From positions 1 to 24,391 of the IMG/VR virus record IMGVR_UViG_3300020414_001776: a stretch of 24,391 bases of DNA; one strand, 5' to 3'. The notes under the pieces were generated by a model. It did not search any database and had not been told where the DNA came from. It worked only from the letters and a program-made list of their open reading frames with translations. Shown here in pieces: positions 21,826-24,391 of the stretch. This DNA comes from a virus. Taxonomy: Duplodnaviria; Caudoviricetes. Position numbers and translations under genes: made by a program. The first letter of the stretch is position 1; every line of letters begins with the position of its first letter.

Positions 21826-24391
21826 TCAGCGGATCCGCCGACGCTTGATCTTCGTCAGATCGACCATCACGTCGCTCGCCGCCTGCGTGGTGTTTGCTGC
21901 CTGAATGGTGACGTTGTTGGTGATGTTGTCTCCACCTGTCGCCCTGGCGATTGCGCGCAGCAGATTGCGAGTCTCGGAGCCAGATGCGGTGGCGGTTGCT
22001 CTGTTGCCTGCAGGGTCGACCTGAACCGGCCTCGAGGCGGCGTCCAGGATCGCAGGTAGGCCGAGCTTCTCGGTCTGCGCCGCATTGATCACGGTGCCCT
22101 TCGACGGGGCCTTCCAGGAGCCCCATGCGGGGGCGTCGATCATGCTGAGCTTGCCGCTTGCTGACAAGAAGGCTTCTTGGCCTAACTCGTTCACGGTGTA
22201 GATCTGGCCGGCAGAGACGGGGCCGCCCGTCCATGCGTTCGGATTCTTGTTGGCGTTAGCCGCTGCGGCAGCTGCGGCCCTTGCTGCCGCTGCAACGCGG
22301 TTCAACTGCCCGACTGCGTTGTTGGCGTAGGTCGTCCAGGTGCTGACACCTGTCCGGATGATGTCGTTGTGGCTCTCGCCGATGGCTTGCCGGTATCGAA
22401 TCAGGAGATCATTGCGCCTTTCGGCATAAGCATCTTCTGCTTTGCTGATGGTCTCAACTCCCTGTTCTCTTGTCTTTTGGAGTTCTTCCTCTAGTTTTTT
22501 GATCTGCTTGTCGGTCCGGATTTTGTCCTGACGCTTTTCTTCTTCGAGTCGTTTGATCTGATCAGCGGCCTGGCGCTCGCGTGCCAGTTGCTCATCTTTC
22601 AGCTTTCTCTCTAACTCAGCATTCTGCTCTTTAATTTTCGCGATTTCGTCCTCTTTTTTCTTCTCTTCTTCTGCGGCCTGTTTCTTCAGCTCGGCGATTT
22701 CTTCGGCGGCCTTCTTGTCAGCCTCCGCCGCTTCAATCTTGAGAGCTTTCATTTTCTTCTGGAACTCCTCCTCCGCTTTGCGCTTTTCTTCGCGCTTGCG
22801 CTCAGCCTCTGCCTCGAGCTTCGCGAGTTCAGCCTCCTTCTGTTTCTGCACTTCTGCGGCTTGTTGCTCTCGCTGCATTCGCTCGAGCTGAGCTTGCGCG
22901 CGCAGGCCATCCTCTCCACCAGCCCGCGCCCGAGCCTGCAGGCGTGCGATCTCAAGAGCACGCAGTTTTTCTTCGGCAGGAGTCAGAGCACGTAGGCCCT
23001 CCAGTGCTGCGTCATAACGATCCGAGACTGCACGCTTCTGTCGGTCGATGGCACGAAGCTCCTCGTCCATCTGGCTCATCACACGGCTGTGTGCCGAGGA
23101 TGCGCGCGAGATCTTGGCGTCATACATCGCCGCGGTTGCGGAGCGCTGTTGCTCCAACGCAGCCACGGCCGCGTCGGTCTCGAGGCGAGTCTGCTCAATC
23201 GACCGCTGGATCGCCGCGACTTTCGCCTCGGTGATCCGGCGATTGCTTTCAATGGCGTCGCGGGCGGCGCGCTTGTTGGCCTCTGCGACCTCTCGGATTG
23301 CGCGAATTTCTTCGTCCTTGTTCTGAGAAAAGACCTTGCTTGCCTCCTTCAGTCCGTCGATGCTGTTCTTGATTCGAGCGACTTCGGTGTCGATACCTTC
23401 CTGGAGTTGTGCCTTGAAGTTTTTAAAGGCTTCCTCCATCGCCTTCATCTCTTTGTTGAAGGCATCCTTGGCTTCGCTCAGCTTGGCATTGGCCTGTTGC
23501 TCACTGAGAGCCTTTGTGACTCCGTCGACGGCATCCTTGGCGCCTTTAGCAGGATTCTTAACAGCTTCGTAGGACTCCTTGAGTCCTTTTAGCTCCTCAA
23601 TAGCTGCCTGAATCGCCAGGGTTGCTTGTGTCTGAGCCTGCTTTTCGGCTTCGGTTTCTGCGTTTCTGTTCTTTACCGAGGTCAGGAGTTCGCTCAGCGC
23701 CTTGATTTTTCCTTCGATCGCTCCCTTCAGAACCTTCTCTGTCTTTTCGACTTCTTTTTGCTGCTCTTTGTATTCAGACGTACCTTGCGTGAGCTGCGAT
23801 AGCGCGTTCTTCTGTTCTGTGTAGGCGCCAATTCCCTGCTCGATGGCGATTTTTGTGTTGTCGAGTTCCTTGTAAACTTCGTTGGTGGTCTGATTGAACT
23901 TTGCCTGCTCAGCTGTTGCGGATCCAATTAGCCGACGGAATCGATCAAGCCCCGCCTGAACGGCACCGACGGACTCGACTGACTTGTCCCAGCTCTCCTT
24001 GTTGGTCCGATTGACCTCCTGCCCGAGCTCTCCGAGTCGATCTTTCAGTGCTGCAGTGCCCGTCATCAAGGCATCGTTAGCCTCTTGCGCGCCCTTAGCG
24101 ATCTGCGCATAGGTATCCCAAGCGGCAGCGACAGCGCCAATAGCAACCGCAACGGTCGCGAGAGGAGCTGCAAACGCGATGAACTTGGCAATAGCTCCAC
24201 CGGCAGTTAGTGCACCGGAGCCAATTTTCGTAAAGATCTGCCCAATACTTAAGGACTTCAGCGCAGAGACTGCGCCTTTCGCTCCTGCGACGATCTTGCC
24301 GAATAGCGCTGTCGCAGCGGCGCCTACATTGCCGCCAACTACGGCAGCATTGAACTTGGCTACAGCGGCGGTTGCCAAGCCGTAGGCCGCG
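21826..24391 (-). CDS. Tail tape measure protein (5' end outside window)
   Basis: Frame open to the right edge; A/G-rich hydrophobic segments, long E/K/A/Q coiled coil, C-terminal AWTGGPVSAGQIYTVNELGQEAF motif typical of TMPs. Confidence 0.88.
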   Translation of the reverse strand, partial: AAYGLATAAVAKFNAAVVGGNVGAAATALFGKIVAGAKGAVSALKSLSIGQIFTKIGSGALTAGGAIAKFIAFAAPLATVAVAIGAVAAAWDTYAQIAKGAQEANDALMTGTAALKDRLGELGQEVNRTNKESWDKSVESVGAVQAGLDRFRRLIGSATAEQAKFNQTTNEVYKELDNTKIAIEQGIGAYTEQKNALSQLTQGTSEYKEQQKEVEKTEKVLKGAIEGKIKALSELLTSVKNRNAETEAEKQAQTQATLAIQAAIEELKGLKESYEAVKNPAKGAKDAVDGVTKALSEQQANAKLSEAKDAFNKEMKAMEEAFKNFKAQLQEGIDTEVARIKNSIDGLKEASKVFSQNKDEEIRAIREVAEANKRAARDAIESNRRITEAKVAAIQRSIEQTRLETDAAVAALEQQRSATAAMYDAKISRASSAHSRVMSQMDEELRAIDRQKRAVSDRYDAALEGLRALTPAEEKLRALEIARLQARARAGGEDGLRAQAQLERMQREQQAAEVQKQKEAELAKLEAEAERKREEKRKAEEEFQKKMKALKIEAAEADKKAAEEIAELKKQAAEEEKKKEDEIAKIKEQNAELERKLKDEQLARERQAADQIKRLEEEKRQDKIRTDKQIKKLEEELQKTREQGVETISKAEDAYAERRNDLLIRYRQAIGESHNDIIRTGVSTWTTYANNAVGQLNRVAAAARAAAAAAANANKNPNAWTGGPVSAGQIYTVNELGQEAFLSASGKLSMIDAPAWGSWKAPSKGTVINAAQTEKLGLPAILDAASRPVQVDPAGNRATATASGSETRNLLRAIARATGGDNITNNVTIQAANTTQAASDVMVDLTKIKRRRIR

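Noticed and set aside
21794-22234. N-terminal extension of the 262 aa ORF, or a frameshifted TMP product
   Set aside because: R/P-rich out-of-frame overlap with TMP; the motif points to ATG 21793; no slippery site recognised.

Overview
Fragment of a temperate, siphovirus-like phage genome in its free (non-integrated) form, probably infecting a picocyanobacterium (Synechococcus/Cyanobium-like; inferred from protein families and the tRNA sequence). Left part: small hypothetical genes, dCTP deaminase, excisionase-like HTH gene, tyrosine integrase and an attP made of the 3' half of initiator tRNA-Met plus a terminator. Next come a + strand lysis module (holin-like gene, GH24 lysozyme-C39 peptidase endolysin), small genes and an ~380 bp structured non-coding region. 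The rest is a long - strand morphogenesis block in unusual order: tape measure, tail-tip genes, a very Cys-rich protein, two repeat-rich fibres, two small Cys-rich proteins, scaffold, major capsid and a decoration-like protein. The strongest unexplained signal is a GGAAnnCT motif found 18 times, 16 of them 28-33 nt before a start codon, often followed by a hairpin that reaches the initiation region. This suggests a phage-specific promoter combined with translational gating. A second motif, a GWGAY-pentaloop hairpin, marks the scaffold and capsid leaders. All calls are by eye; no database searches were run.
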